DNA of 62,455 nt, filler included. It is 4 parts of 4 records of this genome, joined end to end, with 100 filler letters (N's around TTAATTAATTAA, not from the genome) between each part and the next. Parts side by side here need not be neighbours in the genome. Positions count along the whole stretch, not along the records: positions 1 to 27,392 come from DRR723986_13535; 3 more parts are not named here. One strand, written 5' to 3'. How positions within the stretch are numbered: position 1 is the stretch's first letter; every line of letters starts with the position of its first letter. The notes beneath the pieces are model-generated. The model had not been told where the DNA came from and made no database searches. It was given only the letters and a program-made list of their open reading frames with translations. The position numbers were made by a program, and so were the translations under genes. Below are positions 8,997 to 18,349 of this stretch, one piece after another.

Positions 8997-11900
8997 ACGC
9001 GCGCAACGAAGCCACCGAACGTCAAGTCCAGGCGGCGCGCCCGAACGCGTCCACATGGCTAGCCGCAAACGCCGGATCAGGCAAGACCCGCGTTCTAACG
9101 GATCGTGTGGCGCGGCTATTGCTGAGTGACGTGCAGCCACAGCACATCCTGTGCTTGACCTATACCAAGGCCGCCGCAAGTGAGATGCAGAACCGGTTGT
9201 TCCAACGGCTCGGAAAATGGGCAATGCTTGGCGACGCCGATTTGCTCAAAGAACTGACAGAACTTGGAATTGACGGCACAATTACCTCTGATCAGTTGGC
9301 CCATGCCCGGACCCTGTTTGCCCGTGCAATCGAAACACCCGGTGGCTTGAAAATCCAAACTATCCACTCGTTTTGCGCCTCTTTGCTGCGCCGATTTCCG
9401 TTAGAGGCCGGGGTCAGCCCCCAGTTTTCCGAGATGGAGGATCGATCATCCGCCCTGCTGCGCGAAGAGATCGTTGATGCGTTTTCTGACGGGCCAGAGG
9501 CCCCGTTGGTCGACGCCATCGCGCGCTATGTGACAGACACTGGGTTTGACAGCCTGACACAGGCAATCACCCACAAACGCGCAGGTTTTGACACCCCGTG
9601 TGATTGGGATGATCTGTTGCGCGTTTTCGATCTGCCAGATGGGTTTGACGAGCAGACCATGCTGGACGCGGTGTATATGGGCGGTGAGGTTGAGCTGATC
9701 CAATCCATGCTGCCTGCGTTGATCGACAGTGGCGGCAACAATGCTAAGGCTGCCGCGAAACTGACGGGGTTTACGGATCGCACACTCGCTGCCCTGCCCG
9801 TGCTCGAAGGAGTTCTGCTAACAGGCTCCGGAGCAAAAGCCCCGTTCAGCGCCAAAATTAACAGCTTTCCCACCAAGGCGCTGCGCGAAGGGGCGCTGGC
9901 ACATCTGATGCCACAGCTCGAGGCGCTGATGCTTCGGGTCGAGGATGCGCGCGAGCGACGGTTAGCTTTGGTTGCCGCACAAAAATCTCTGGCCTTGCAC
10001 CAATTCGCCGCTGCCTTTTTGCCCGAATATGATCGCCGCAAACAATTGCGCGGTTGGCTGGATTTCGACGATCTGATCCTGAAGGCGCGTCAACTGCTGA
10101 ACGACGCCTCGGTTGCGGCATGGGTGTTGTACCGCTTGGACGGTGGAATTGACCACATTCTGGTGGATGAGGCGCAAGATACCAGCCCGGCACAATGGGA
10201 TGTGATCGAAAAACTAGCCCAAGAATTCACCAGCGGTGAAGGGGCGCGATCCGGTGTTGAACGCACAATCTTTGTGGTCGGAGACAAAAAGCAATCGATC
10301 TATTCCTTTCAAGGTGCCGATCCCGAAGCCTTTGATCGTATGCAACAGGAATTTGGCCATCGGTTGCAGGAAAGTGGGTCCAGTCTCGAGGATCTGACGC
10401 TCGAATTCTCATTCCGGTCCTCTGACGCAATTTTGCGCTTGGTGGATCTGGTGTTTGAAAACCGCGCAGAGGCTGGGTTTCACAAGGACGCACTGCACCG
10501 TGCGTTCAAATCAGATCTACCGGGGCGCGTGGATTTGTGGCCCGTGGTGGAAAAATCTACAGATGATGACGATCCGGATTGGACCAACCCGGTTGATCGC
10601 ACATCGACCCAACACCACACGGTGATCTTGGCCAAGCAGGTCGCACGCTCCATTCGGGAAATGATCGAAACTGGCGAAACCATTCCCGAAGACGGCTCTA
10701 AACCGAGTGAATTCGTGCGCCGTCGTGTGCAACCCGGCGATTTCTTGATCCTTGTTCAGCGCCGATCAGATTTGTTTGCGGAAATCATCCGGGCCTGCAA
10801 ACAGGAAAACCTGCCTATTGCGGGTGCGGACCGGCTCAAGGTTGGCGCGGAACTTGCGGTGAAAGACCTTGCTGCATTGCTCAGCTTTTTGGCGACGCCC
10901 GAAGACAACCTGTCTCTTGCCACGGTTTTGCGTTCGCCAATCTTTGGCTGGACGGAGCAACAGCTGTTTGATCTCGCGCATCGTCGCACGGACAAATACC
11001 TGTGGGCGGCGCTTCGTACGCGTAGCGACGATTTCCCTGAAACATTGGCCATCCTCAACGACCTGCGCGGCCAAACCGATTTTCTGCGCCCTTATGACTT
11101 GATCGAGCGCGTTCTGACCCGACACGACGGGCGGCGCAAATTGTTAGGCCGTCTTGGTCCCGAGGCCGAGGATGGTATCAATGCGCTGCTCTCACAAGCA
11201 CTGGCTTATGAGCGCACAGATATTCCCAGCCTGACGGGTTTTCTGGTCTGGATGCAAACCGACGATCTGGAAATCAAACGCCAGATGGGCGGGGTTGGCA
11301 ATATGATCCGTGTCATGACGGTGCACGGTTCCAAAGGGCTAGAGGCACCAATTGTAATCTTACCTGATACTGGCGCACGGCGCGCGCCCTCGGATGATGA
11401 GGTGATGCAGGCTGGAGAAACACCGCTGTGGCGCATGTCTAAGGACGTGTCACCCGCAGCCATCGCCAACGCACGCGACGCGGCGCAAAACAAGCAGATG
11501 AACGAGCGCCTGCGCTTGCTCTATGTGGCCCTGACGCGCGCAGAGAAATGGCTGATCGTTGCGGCGGCCGGTGATTTGGATAAGAACGGCCAGAGCTGGT
11601 ACCAAATGGTCGAGGCGGCCATGACCCCTGCTGGGGCGACTGCGATCTCAGACAACAGGTTGCGGCTGGAACATGGCGATTGGTCCGGCTTGCCGCTGGT
11701 CGAGGTTGAAGAAAAGATCAAGCACGTCCCCCCCATGCCTGAGATCTTTCAACACCCTGCCCCGGAACCGGCTGCGGAATCTGCCACGCTAAGCCCCTCC
11801 ACTGATCTGGGCGGTGCAAAAGCCCTGCCCGGCGATCAGGGTCAGGATGAGGAAACCGCCAAGCTGCGCGGCACCCGAATCCATTTGCTGTTGGAACACC

Positions 11901-12352
11901 TGCCCAACACAGATCCGGATACATGGGCAGAGACGAGTCGCCATATTCTGCCCGATGTTGCCGACGATATTCGCGCTGAATTGCTTGGCGAAACAGCATC
12001 CGTTCTCAATTCTGATGCATTGAAACCTGTCTTTGCTAGGTCAGCTTTGGCCGAAGTTCCCATTACCGCGGCGCTGAACAGCCAGCGCATGCATGGAAAC
12101 ATCGACCGATTGATCGTGACAGAGACCGAGGTTTTAGCTGTCGATTTCAAGACAAACGCCACAGTTCCATCAACACCCGAGACCTGCCCCGTTGGCTTGC
12201 TCAGGCAGATGGGGGCCTATGCGCAGGCGTTAAGTCAGGTCTATCCCAACCATAAAATTGCTACCGCAATCCTGTGGACCCGATCCGCAACGCTTATGCG
12301 CTTACCGCACGATATTGTGACAGATGCCCTGGCATGCGCCCAGATATCTTGA
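8993..12352 (+). CDS. addA: Helicase/nuclease AddA
   Basis: ANAGSGKT, LVDEAQDT, VGDKKQSIYSFQGA, MTVHGSKGLE, LLYVALTRA and GNIDRL..VDFKTN motifs. Confidence 0.95.
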   Translation: MNARNEATERQVQAARPNASTWLAANAGSGKTRVLTDRVARLLLSDVQPQHILCLTYTKAAASEMQNRLFQRLGKWAMLGDADLLKELTELGIDGTITSDQLAHARTLFARAIETPGGLKIQTIHSFCASLLRRFPLEAGVSPQFSEMEDRSSALLREEIVDAFSDGPEAPLVDAIARYVTDTGFDSLTQAITHKRAGFDTPCDWDDLLRVFDLPDGFDEQTMLDAVYMGGEVELIQSMLPALIDSGGNNAKAAAKLTGFTDRTLAALPVLEGVLLTGSGAKAPFSAKINSFPTKALREGALAHLMPQLEALMLRVEDARERRLALVAAQKSLALHQFAAAFLPEYDRRKQLRGWLDFDDLILKARQLLNDASVAAWVLYRLDGGIDHILVDEAQDTSPAQWDVIEKLAQEFTSGEGARSGVERTIFVVGDKKQSIYSFQGADPEAFDRMQQEFGHRLQESGSSLEDLTLEFSFRSSDAILRLVDLVFENRAEAGFHKDALHRAFKSDLPGRVDLWPVVEKSTDDDDPDWTNPVDRTSTQHHTVILAKQVARSIREMIETGETIPEDGSKPSEFVRRRVQPGDFLILVQRRSDLFAEIIRACKQENLPIAGADRLKVGAELAVKDLAALLSFLATPEDNLSLATVLRSPIFGWTEQQLFDLAHRRTDKYLWAALRTRSDDFPETLAILNDLRGQTDFLRPYDLIERVLTRHDGRRKLLGRLGPEAEDGINALLSQALAYERTDIPSLTGFLVWMQTDDLEIKRQMGGVGNMIRVMTVHGSKGLEAPIVILPDTGARRAPSDDEVMQAGETPLWRMSKDVSPAAIANARDAAQNKQMNERLRLLYVALTRAEKWLIVAAAGDLDKNGQSWYQMVEAAMTPAGATAISDNRLRLEHGDWSGLPLVEVEEKIKHVPPMPEIFQHPAPEPAAESATLSPSTDLGGAKALPGDQGQDEETAKLRGTRIHLLLEHLPNTDPDTWAETSRHILPDVADDIRAELLGETASVLNSDALKPVFARSALAEVPITAALNSQRMHGNIDRLIVTETEVLAVDFKTNATVPSTPETCPVGLLRQMGAYAQALSQVYPNHKIATAILWTRSATLMRLPHDIVTDALACAQIS

Positions 12353-12377
12353 CGCCCCCCGGTGGCACACCTAGGTT
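12349..12377 (+). promoter_or_regulatory. Putative trxA promoter (sigma70- or RpoH-like)
   Basis: TTGACG-N17-TAGGTT; can also be read as TTG-N18-CCTAGGT. Confidence 0.5.
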
Positions 12378-12412
12378 CAGTTCCCAAGCGCATTCCATTC
12401 AGGAGACAGAAT

Positions 12413-12733
12413 ATGTCCACCGTAGCCGTCACCGACGAAACATTCGACGCCGAAGTCAAAAACTCTGACATCCCCGTAGTGGTGGATTTCTGGGCGGAAT
12501 GGTGTGGCCCCTGCAAACAGATCGGCCCCGCTCTGGAAGAGCTGGCAGCCGAATACAACGGTCAGATCAAGATCGCCAAGGTTGATGTCGACAGCAACCC
12601 GAACTCTGCCGCCGCCATGGGTGTGCGCGGAATTCCTGCGCTGTTCATTTTCAAGGACGGTCAGGTTGTCTCGAACCGTGCCGGTGCCGCGCCTAAGGCC
12701 GCATTGGCCAGCTGGATCAAAGACTCGATCTGA
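12413..12733 (+). CDS. trxA: Thioredoxin
   Basis: WAEWCGPCK active site; AGGAG RBS before ATG 12413. Confidence 0.96.
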   Translation: MSTVAVTDETFDAEVKNSDIPVVVDFWAEWCGPCKQIGPALEELAAEYNGQIKIAKVDVDSNPNSAAAMGVRGIPALFIFKDGQVVSNRAGAAPKAALASWIKDSI

Positions 12734-12755
12734 TCCACACTCGATATGCACGATC

Positions 12756-12781
12756 AAGGCGTCCCCTGAGGGCGCCTTTTT
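12756..12781 (+). terminator. Intrinsic terminator after trxA
   Basis: AAGGCGTCC/GGGCGCCTT stem followed by a T run. Confidence 0.7.
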
Positions 12782-12871
12782 CATGTCTGGCCCTGAGACC
12801 GCATCGAAATTGGACCTTTCCCCCGGCCAACAACTGGGCAAAGTGAACCCAGATAATGTTCAGGAGGCAAC

Positions 12872-13222
12872 ATGGCCAAAACACGAGTTCTTGTGGAGTT
12901 CGGCATGGGCAGCTCGCTCAGGCGCGAAGATTACACCGAGGCGGCATTGCGCGCGATCAAAGACGCGCTTTGGCACAATTCGGTCAACATGGCTGAGCTG
13001 TTTGATTTTCCAAAAGAAGCGATGATCATCGACGCAGAAATCGGGGTTCAAAAGCCTGATCAGGTTGACGTCGACGCGTTGAAAGCGATCTTTCCCTATG
13101 GCCAGCCGAGCATAACGGTGGTTCAGGGTGGATTGGACATCACAAAAACACACACCGAAGGCAGCACAGTCATCGCAAACGCCGCCATTGTCGTCTCTTT
13201 CGATATGGAGCCCACAGCATGA
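12872..13222 (+). CDS. Lin0512-family protein (copy 1)
   Basis: EFGMGSSLRREDYTEAALRAIKDALWHNS, GVQKPDQVD and FPYG..GGL pattern; AGGAGG RBS. Confidence 0.8.
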   Translation: MAKTRVLVEFGMGSSLRREDYTEAALRAIKDALWHNSVNMAELFDFPKEAMIIDAEIGVQKPDQVDVDALKAIFPYGQPSITVVQGGLDITKTHTEGSTVIANAAIVVSFDMEPTA

Positions 13223-13581
13223 CCGAGAAACGTATCATTCTGGAAATGGGTATGGGCAATGACCTGTACGGTCAGGACTACACCAAAGCTGCCCAGCGCG
13301 CTGTGCAGGATGCCTTGCATCACTCATCGATCACCTTGTTTTCAAAGCTTGGCGTTGATCACACGGACATGCGTGTTCAGGTGACAATCGGCGTTCAAAA
13401 CCCGGATGCTGTGGATTGTGATGTTGTGGCTGCTGATTTGCCGCGGGGCCGGGCCGAAGTGCGCGCCGTAAAAGGTGGCTTGGATGTCCATGATGCAGAC
13501 GCCGGAACGCATCACATCGTTGCGACTGCGGCGGTCGAGGCATTTCTGCCTGATATGGCTGGTAAGTATAAGCTGGCCTAA
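13219..13581 (+). CDS. Lin0512-family protein (copy 2)
   Basis: EMGMGNDLYGQDYTKAAQRAVQDALHHSS, GVQNPDAVD and LPRG..GGL pattern; ATGA overlap with copy 1. Confidence 0.82.
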   Translation: MTEKRIILEMGMGNDLYGQDYTKAAQRAVQDALHHSSITLFSKLGVDHTDMRVQVTIGVQNPDAVDCDVVAADLPRGRAEVRAVKGGLDVHDADAGTHHIVATAAVEAFLPDMAGKYKLA

Positions 13582-13588
13582 AAACGAC

Positions 13589-13616
13589 AAAAGCCGCTCT
13601 GGTCCAGAGCGGCCTT
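13589..13616. terminator. Hairpin terminator between convergent genes
   Basis: GCCGCTCTG/CAGAGCGGC stem with an A run on the left (U tract for the minus-strand gene). Confidence 0.6.
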
Positions 13617-13641
13617 AATCTAACAGGATGATCGGCATGGT

Positions 13642-13836
13642 TTAGACCAGCTCGATTTCCTTACGAGTCAATCCGATATCGTCCAGCTGACGATCGGTCA
13701 GAACTGACAAAGCTTTGCGTGTCGCGCGGGCTTTGTTCCATTCGACCAAGTTGGATTTTACGTTGATAACCGCGTCAACGACGCGAAGAGTTGTGACGGC
13801 ACCGATGGGTGCATGAGTGTTAGCAACAGTTGCCAT
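13642..13836 (-). CDS. DUF1127 (YjiS-like) small protein
   Basis: TRKALSVLTDRQLDDIGLTR signature. Confidence 0.88.
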   Translation of the reverse strand: MATVANTHAPIGAVTTLRVVDAVINVKSNLVEWNKARATRKALSVLTDRQLDDIGLTRKEIELV

Positions 13837-13975
13837 TTTCGCGCTTCCTTATTGATCCATCCGACCCCTTGTCGGCTGTGATGCTCATGTAGGAGTGTTT
13901 GCTGAGTCCCACAAATGCTGGATTCACAGGCCCGAATTGCACGCAATGCATATCAATCGGGCACAAAATGCGCCG

Positions 13976-14003
13976 TTGCGTCCGACTGCGCCACATCCCA
14001 TAT
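13976..14003 (+). promoter_or_regulatory. RpoH-type heat-shock promoter of hslV
   Basis: TTG-N18-CCCATAT, 29 nt upstream of the hslV ATG. Confidence 0.65.
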
Positions 14004-14032
14004 ACAAATTCGCAGCGAAAACGGAGGCTCCA

Positions 14033-14593
14033 ATGGCAGACGATCAATTCCCCGGTTGGCACGGCACAACCATCATCGGCGTGAAAAAAGGCGACGAAGT
14101 TGTGATCGCAGGCGACGGGCAGGTCAGTCTGGGCCAGACCGTGATCAAAGGCACCGCGCGCAAGGTGCGCAAACTGTCACCCGGTGGGTTTGACGTGGTT
14201 GCGGGCTTTGCAGGATCCACGGCGGATGCCTTTACATTGCTCGAACGGCTGGAAACAAAGCTGGAGGCAACCCCCGGTCAGTTGGCCCGCGCAAGTGTTG
14301 AGCTGGCCAAGGATTGGCGCACCGACAAATACCTGCAAAAACTCGAGGCGATGCTGATCGTCACGGATGGCAAAGACATGTTTGTGATCACCGGGGCAGG
14401 GGATGTTCTGGAACCCGAACACAATGTAGCGGCGATTGGATCAGGCGGAAACTTTGCGTTGGCAGCCGCCCGTGCCATGATGGACAGCGAAAAAGACGCC
14501 GAAACCGTTGCGCGCGATGCCATGGCGATTGCCGCTGACATTTGCGTCTACACAAACGGGCGCCTGACCGTGGAGAAAATTAGAAGTTCTTAG
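14033..14593 (+). CDS. hslV: HslV protease subunit
   Basis: WHGTTI (catalytic Thr), [16 protein letters not shown] and IGSGG motifs; GGAGG RBS before ATG 14033. Confidence 0.96.
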   Translation: MADDQFPGWHGTTIIGVKKGDEVVIAGDGQVSLGQTVIKGTARKVRKLSPGGFDVVAGFAGSTADAFTLLERLETKLEATPGQLARASVELAKDWRTDKYLQKLEAMLIVTDGKDMFVITGAGDVLEPEHNVAAIGSGGNFALAAARAMMDSEKDAETVARDAMAIAADICVYTNGRLTVEKIRSS

Positions 14594-14598
14594 ATCTA

Positions 14599-14874
14599 TC
14601 AGTCTTGGGCTTCTTTGTAGGCTCGTAGAACTGCGTTCATACGCGTTTGGTAACCTTTACCCTGACTGCGAAAGAACTCGATAATATCGGCATCTAACCG
14701 TAAAGATATCAGCTTTTTAGGCTCGGGCTCCACAATCTTTGTGGACGCCCAATCTACGTCAATTTCAGATTTACCTTCATAATCAGGCGCACTTTTAAGG
14801 CGCTCCCAATCAGTTTGACTCTTCATTCTCCGCATTTCGCCGAGCGACATGCGCTTGATAGTATTCGCGCTCAT
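14599..14874 (-). CDS. brnA: BrnA-family antitoxin
   Basis: SQTDWERL and KKLISLRLDADIIEFFRSQGKGYQTRMNAVLRAY ribbon-helix-helix signature. Confidence 0.9.
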   Translation of the reverse strand: MSANTIKRMSLGEMRRMKSQTDWERLKSAPDYEGKSEIDVDWASTKIVEPEPKKLISLRLDADIIEFFRSQGKGYQTRMNAVLRAYKEAQD

Positions 14875-15103
14875 TTTTCCTAGCCCTCCGGGCCGTAATA
14901 ATACGGATCACTTCGTCTCGCTTAGTAAAAACAACCGCGATTGGTATATCCTGAAGCATTCCAACGGCTATTAGTCGCTGTTCGATGTCGCTTCTTGCTT
15001 TAAGACAAAGAAATTCTGTCGAGAAAATCTCTGCTGCGTCAACAAAGTCGATTCCATGTTTCTTAACCGTGCTTAGTCGTTTTTCTTCGTCCCATTCGAA
15101 CAT
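14810..15103 (-). CDS. brnT: BrnT-family ribonuclease toxin
   Basis: FEWDEEK...KHGIDF and IRIITARRARKNE motifs; directly upstream of brnA. Confidence 0.9.
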   Translation of the reverse strand: MFEWDEEKRLSTVKKHGIDFVDAAEIFSTEFLCLKARSDIEQRLIAVGMLQDIPIAVVFTKRDEVIRIITARRARKNEREYYQAHVARRNAENEESN

Positions 15104-15175
15104 AAGAGAGATTCTTTCTGAAATATTTATACATTTTTGACATCTTCTTCACCGTCAGTCGTCTCTCTCCAGAAA

Positions 15176-15204
15176 AGTAATACACTTTGTAGCTACAGAG
15201 TCAA
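15176..15204 (-). promoter_or_regulatory. Probable brnTA promoter with palindromic operator
   Basis: Minus-strand -35 TTGACT (15199-15204) followed by the palindrome TGTAGCTACA (15188-15197) and a TATTAC-like -10. Confidence 0.5.
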
Positions 15205-15205
15205 C

Positions 15206-15242
15206 AAAAAAATAGGGGCTGAGCCGAAGCTCAACCCCCTAA
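15206..15242 (-). terminator. Intrinsic terminator of the DM13 gene
   Basis: GGGGCTGAGC-CGAA-GCTCAACCCC stem (UUCG loop on minus) preceded by A7 on plus. Confidence 0.75.
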
Positions 15243-15270
15243 GGGCGGTCGTTGTGAGTGGTGGGTGCCC

Positions 15271-15666
15271 TTAGTTGATGGACGCCACACCCAATGGAAC
15301 GCCAGCAACGTCGCACCAGATGTAGACTTCGTTGAATTTGGAAACGTCCATTGTGGGCGGCACAGCGTATTGCTGTTTGCCGGTCAGCTTGAGCAGGGCG
15401 CCCAGCTTGGTATCGGGATCGTATTTGCCATCCTTGCCAAATGCCACACGGGGATCGGGGCCACCGTCCAGCGAGAAATCTTTGCCCAGCTCAACAATAT
15501 AACGATCGCCATCTTTGACAACTTTGACCGACCCGGTTGTCACGTGATTGCTAAGACCCTCAAAGGTGCCTTTGGCTCCGCCTGCCAGCGCGGCTCCGGT
15601 GCTTGCGATTGTCAGCGCCATGCCAGATGCGGCTGCGGCCAGAAACAGAGAACGACGATTGATCAT
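15271..15666 (-). CDS. DM13-domain exported protein with Tat-like signal
   Basis: MINRRSLFLAAAAS signal; HVTTGSV, DFSLDGGPDPRV, LGALLKLTGKQQY and VYIWC pattern. Start moved to ATG 15666. Confidence 0.8.
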   Translation of the reverse strand: MINRRSLFLAAAASGMALTIASTGAALAGGAKGTFEGLSNHVTTGSVKVVKDGDRYIVELGKDFSLDGGPDPRVAFGKDGKYDPDTKLGALLKLTGKQQYAVPPTMDVSKFNEVYIWCDVAGVPLGVASIN

Positions 15667-15865
15667 GTGAGGGGTCTCCCTTGGAAGTAGAGGCGATAGT
15701 GCCTTGGGGAGAGAGTTGTGCAAAACGGGCTGCAAATGAAAGGGGGGCTCACAGCACACTGATCGGCTGTGTTCACCGCGTGTTTTCGCGTGAGCGGCCC
15801 GTGATCATCTTGTGTTTTCCGCCCCCATGCTTAGGTTCCCGATAACCCAATTGGATAGAGTGATC

Positions 15866-17176
15866 ATGACCGACCTGACCCCGCGCGAAATTGTTTCTGA
15901 ACTGGATCGATTCATCATTGGCCAGAACGACGCCAAACGGGCGGTTGCTGTGGCGCTGCGCAATCGGTGGCGGCGCAAACAGTTGTCAGATGACCTGCGC
16001 GAAGAGGTTTATCCTAAGAACATTCTGATGATTGGCCCCACTGGCGTTGGCAAGACTGAGATCAGCCGCCGGTTGGCCAAATTGGCCCGCGCGCCGTTCC
16101 TCAAAGTCGAAGCCACAAAATTCACCGAAGTCGGATATGTCGGGCGGGACGTGGAGCAAATTGTCCGCGATCTGGTCGATAGCGCCATTGCGATGACCCG
16201 TGAACACATGCGCGAAGACGTCAAGGCAAATGCTTACAAAGCTGCCGAAGATCGCGTGATCGAAGCCATCGCAGGCGAAGATGCCCGCGAAGGCACCCGC
16301 GAAATGTTCCGCAAAAAGCTGAAATCCGGCGAATTGGACGATACCATCATCGAATTGGACCTGGCAGACAATTCGAATCCCATGTCGATGTTTGAAATGC
16401 CCGGCCAACCCGGTGGCGGTCAGATGGGCATGATGAACCTTGGCGATCTGTTCGGCAAAGCGATGGGCGGTCGGACCGTTAAGCGCAAGTTGACCGTATC
16501 CGAAAGCTATGAGATTTTGATTGGCGAAGAAGCCGACAAGTTGCTGGATGATGAAACGGTAACCCGTGCTGCGTTAGATGCAGTTGAACAGAACGGGATC
16601 GTGTTCCTTGATGAAATCGACAAGGTTTGCGCCCGGTCAGACGCCCGTGGCGGCGATGTTTCCCGCGAAGGGGTGCAGCGCGATCTGCTGCCCTTGATCG
16701 AAGGCACAACGGTTTCAACAAAACATGGCGCGGTTAAAACCGACCACATCCTGTTTATCGCATCGGGCGCGTTCCACATCGCCAAACCCAGCGATCTGCT
16801 GCCCGAGCTTCAGGGTCGTCTGCCGATCCGGGTAGAATTGCGCGCGCTGACCGAAGAGGACTTTGTCCGTATTTTGACCGAAACCGACAACGCCCTGACC
16901 CTACAATACACTGCGCTGATGGGTACAGAAGAGGTCGCCGTCAGTTTTACCGAAAATGGCATCGCGGCGCTGGCCAAGATCGCGGCTGATGTGAACCAAT
17001 CGGTCGAAAACATCGGCGCGCGCCGTTTGTACACCGTGATGGAACGTGTTTTTGAAGAGCTGTCGTTCACCGCACCAGATCGATCGGGCGAAGCGATCAT
17101 CGTTAATGCCGAGTTTGTCGAAACCAACTTGGGCGCGCTGTCAAAATCAACCGATATCAGTCGCTACGTTCTCTAG
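15866..17176 (+). CDS. hslU: HslU ATPase subunit
   Basis: [37 protein letters not shown] and ENIGARRL motifs. Confidence 0.97.
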   Translation: MTDLTPREIVSELDRFIIGQNDAKRAVAVALRNRWRRKQLSDDLREEVYPKNILMIGPTGVGKTEISRRLAKLARAPFLKVEATKFTEVGYVGRDVEQIVRDLVDSAIAMTREHMREDVKANAYKAAEDRVIEAIAGEDAREGTREMFRKKLKSGELDDTIIELDLADNSNPMSMFEMPGQPGGGQMGMMNLGDLFGKAMGGRTVKRKLTVSESYEILIGEEADKLLDDETVTRAALDAVEQNGIVFLDEIDKVCARSDARGGDVSREGVQRDLLPLIEGTTVSTKHGAVKTDHILFIASGAFHIAKPSDLLPELQGRLPIRVELRALTEEDFVRILTETDNALTLQYTALMGTEEVAVSFTENGIAALAKIAADVNQSVENIGARRLYTVMERVFEELSFTAPDRSGEAIIVNAEFVETNLGALSKSTDISRYVL

Positions 17177-17230
17177 ACGAACCCAAAAAATGCGTTAGCT
17201 TGGGCCGTATCTGTTAGCGGGGCGGCCCAA

Positions 17231-18349
17231 GTGCGATACATTCTAATCTGTTGTATGACGCTCTGGCTCGCGGCCTGTGCAGATCGCAGCTATTCTCCCA
17301 TTTACCCTCAGGCGTTAGAGGTCGGTAAACCATTTACCGTGTTCGTCGCCTCTAGCCGGGCCCAAGAAAGCGATGGAACCTTTGGCTATCAAAGGGCCAG
17401 AGATCTAAGCCTCTTGGAACTGACCGTATCAATCCCCCCAAATCACACCCCGGGACAATTGAAGTTCGGCTATGCAAACCCCAACCCAAAAACCGAATTC
17501 ACCTTGGCGAAACAACGTGAATTCGCAAGCTTTCCCGCGTTTCAGACGCGCCTGACGGACTATATTCACCAGAAAAAGGCAGGGCCTAAAGAGGTCACGA
17601 TCTTTGTTCATGGCTATAACACAACCCAGAACGAGACCGCTTTTCGGGCGGCGCAGCTGGCCCATGATATTAAGTTGCCCGGCGCGTTGGTTTTGTATTC
17701 GTGGCCCAGTCGGGCGCGCGCCTTTGGCTATGCCTATGACTACGACAGCATGCTGTTTGCCCGCGATGGGTTGGAAAAGCTAATCCGTCAGGTCAAAAGC
17801 GCTGGCGCCGACCGGATCGTTTTGCTTGCCCATTCCATGGGGTCTGCACTTACGATGGAGATGTTGCGCCAGATCGAAACCAGTGATCCGGGTTGGGCCA
17901 AACGCACCTTAGGTGGTGTGGTCCTGATATCCCCTGATCTGGATGTTGATGTGTTTCGGTCCCAAATGAACCGGATTGAACACATCCCTCAGCCCTTTGT
18001 CATTATGGTCTCTGAAAAGGATAAGGCGCTGAATGTTTCCGCCCGTCTGCGCGGAACCTCTGACAGCGAACGCTTGGGCAATATCAGTTCGATTGAAAAG
18101 GTCGCGGATCTACCGATTGATATCATTGATACCACGGCGTTTTCAGGGGATGCGGCCTCGTCCCATTTTGTCACTGCAACATCCCCTGCTTTGATCGCGT
18201 TGTTGAATTCTGCCCGGTCCATGAGCGACACCTTCGGTCCAGAAGATTTCGGGTTAAACATGCTCGATTCAAACGATCGCCGGTCTGCAGGTGGGGCCAC
18301 TGAAATTGCTTTAACGCCAGGCACCAGCCTAGCATCGGAGACCCGGTGA
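17231..18349 (+). CDS. DUF900-family alpha/beta hydrolase lipoprotein
   Basis: Lipobox LAAC, FVHGYN, YSWPS and AHSMG nucleophile elbow. Confidence 0.8.
   Translation: MRYILICCMTLWLAACADRSYSPIYPQALEVGKPFTVFVASSRAQESDGTFGYQRARDLSLLELTVSIPPNHTPGQLKFGYANPNPKTEFTLAKQREFASFPAFQTRLTDYIHQKKAGPKEVTIFVHGYNTTQNETAFRAAQLAHDIKLPGALVLYSWPSRARAFGYAYDYDSMLFARDGLEKLIRQVKSAGADRIVLLAHSMGSALTMEMLRQIETSDPGWAKRTLGGVVLISPDLDVDVFRSQMNRIEHIPQPFVIMVSEKDKALNVSARLRGTSDSERLGNISSIEKVADLPIDIIDTTAFSGDAASSHFVTATSPALIALLNSARSMSDTFGPEDFGLNMLDSNDRRSAGGATEIALTPGTSLASETR

Noticed and set aside
14594-15260. IS element or prophage carrying brnTA
   Set aside because: No transposase, integrase, terminal inverted repeats or target-site duplication visible.
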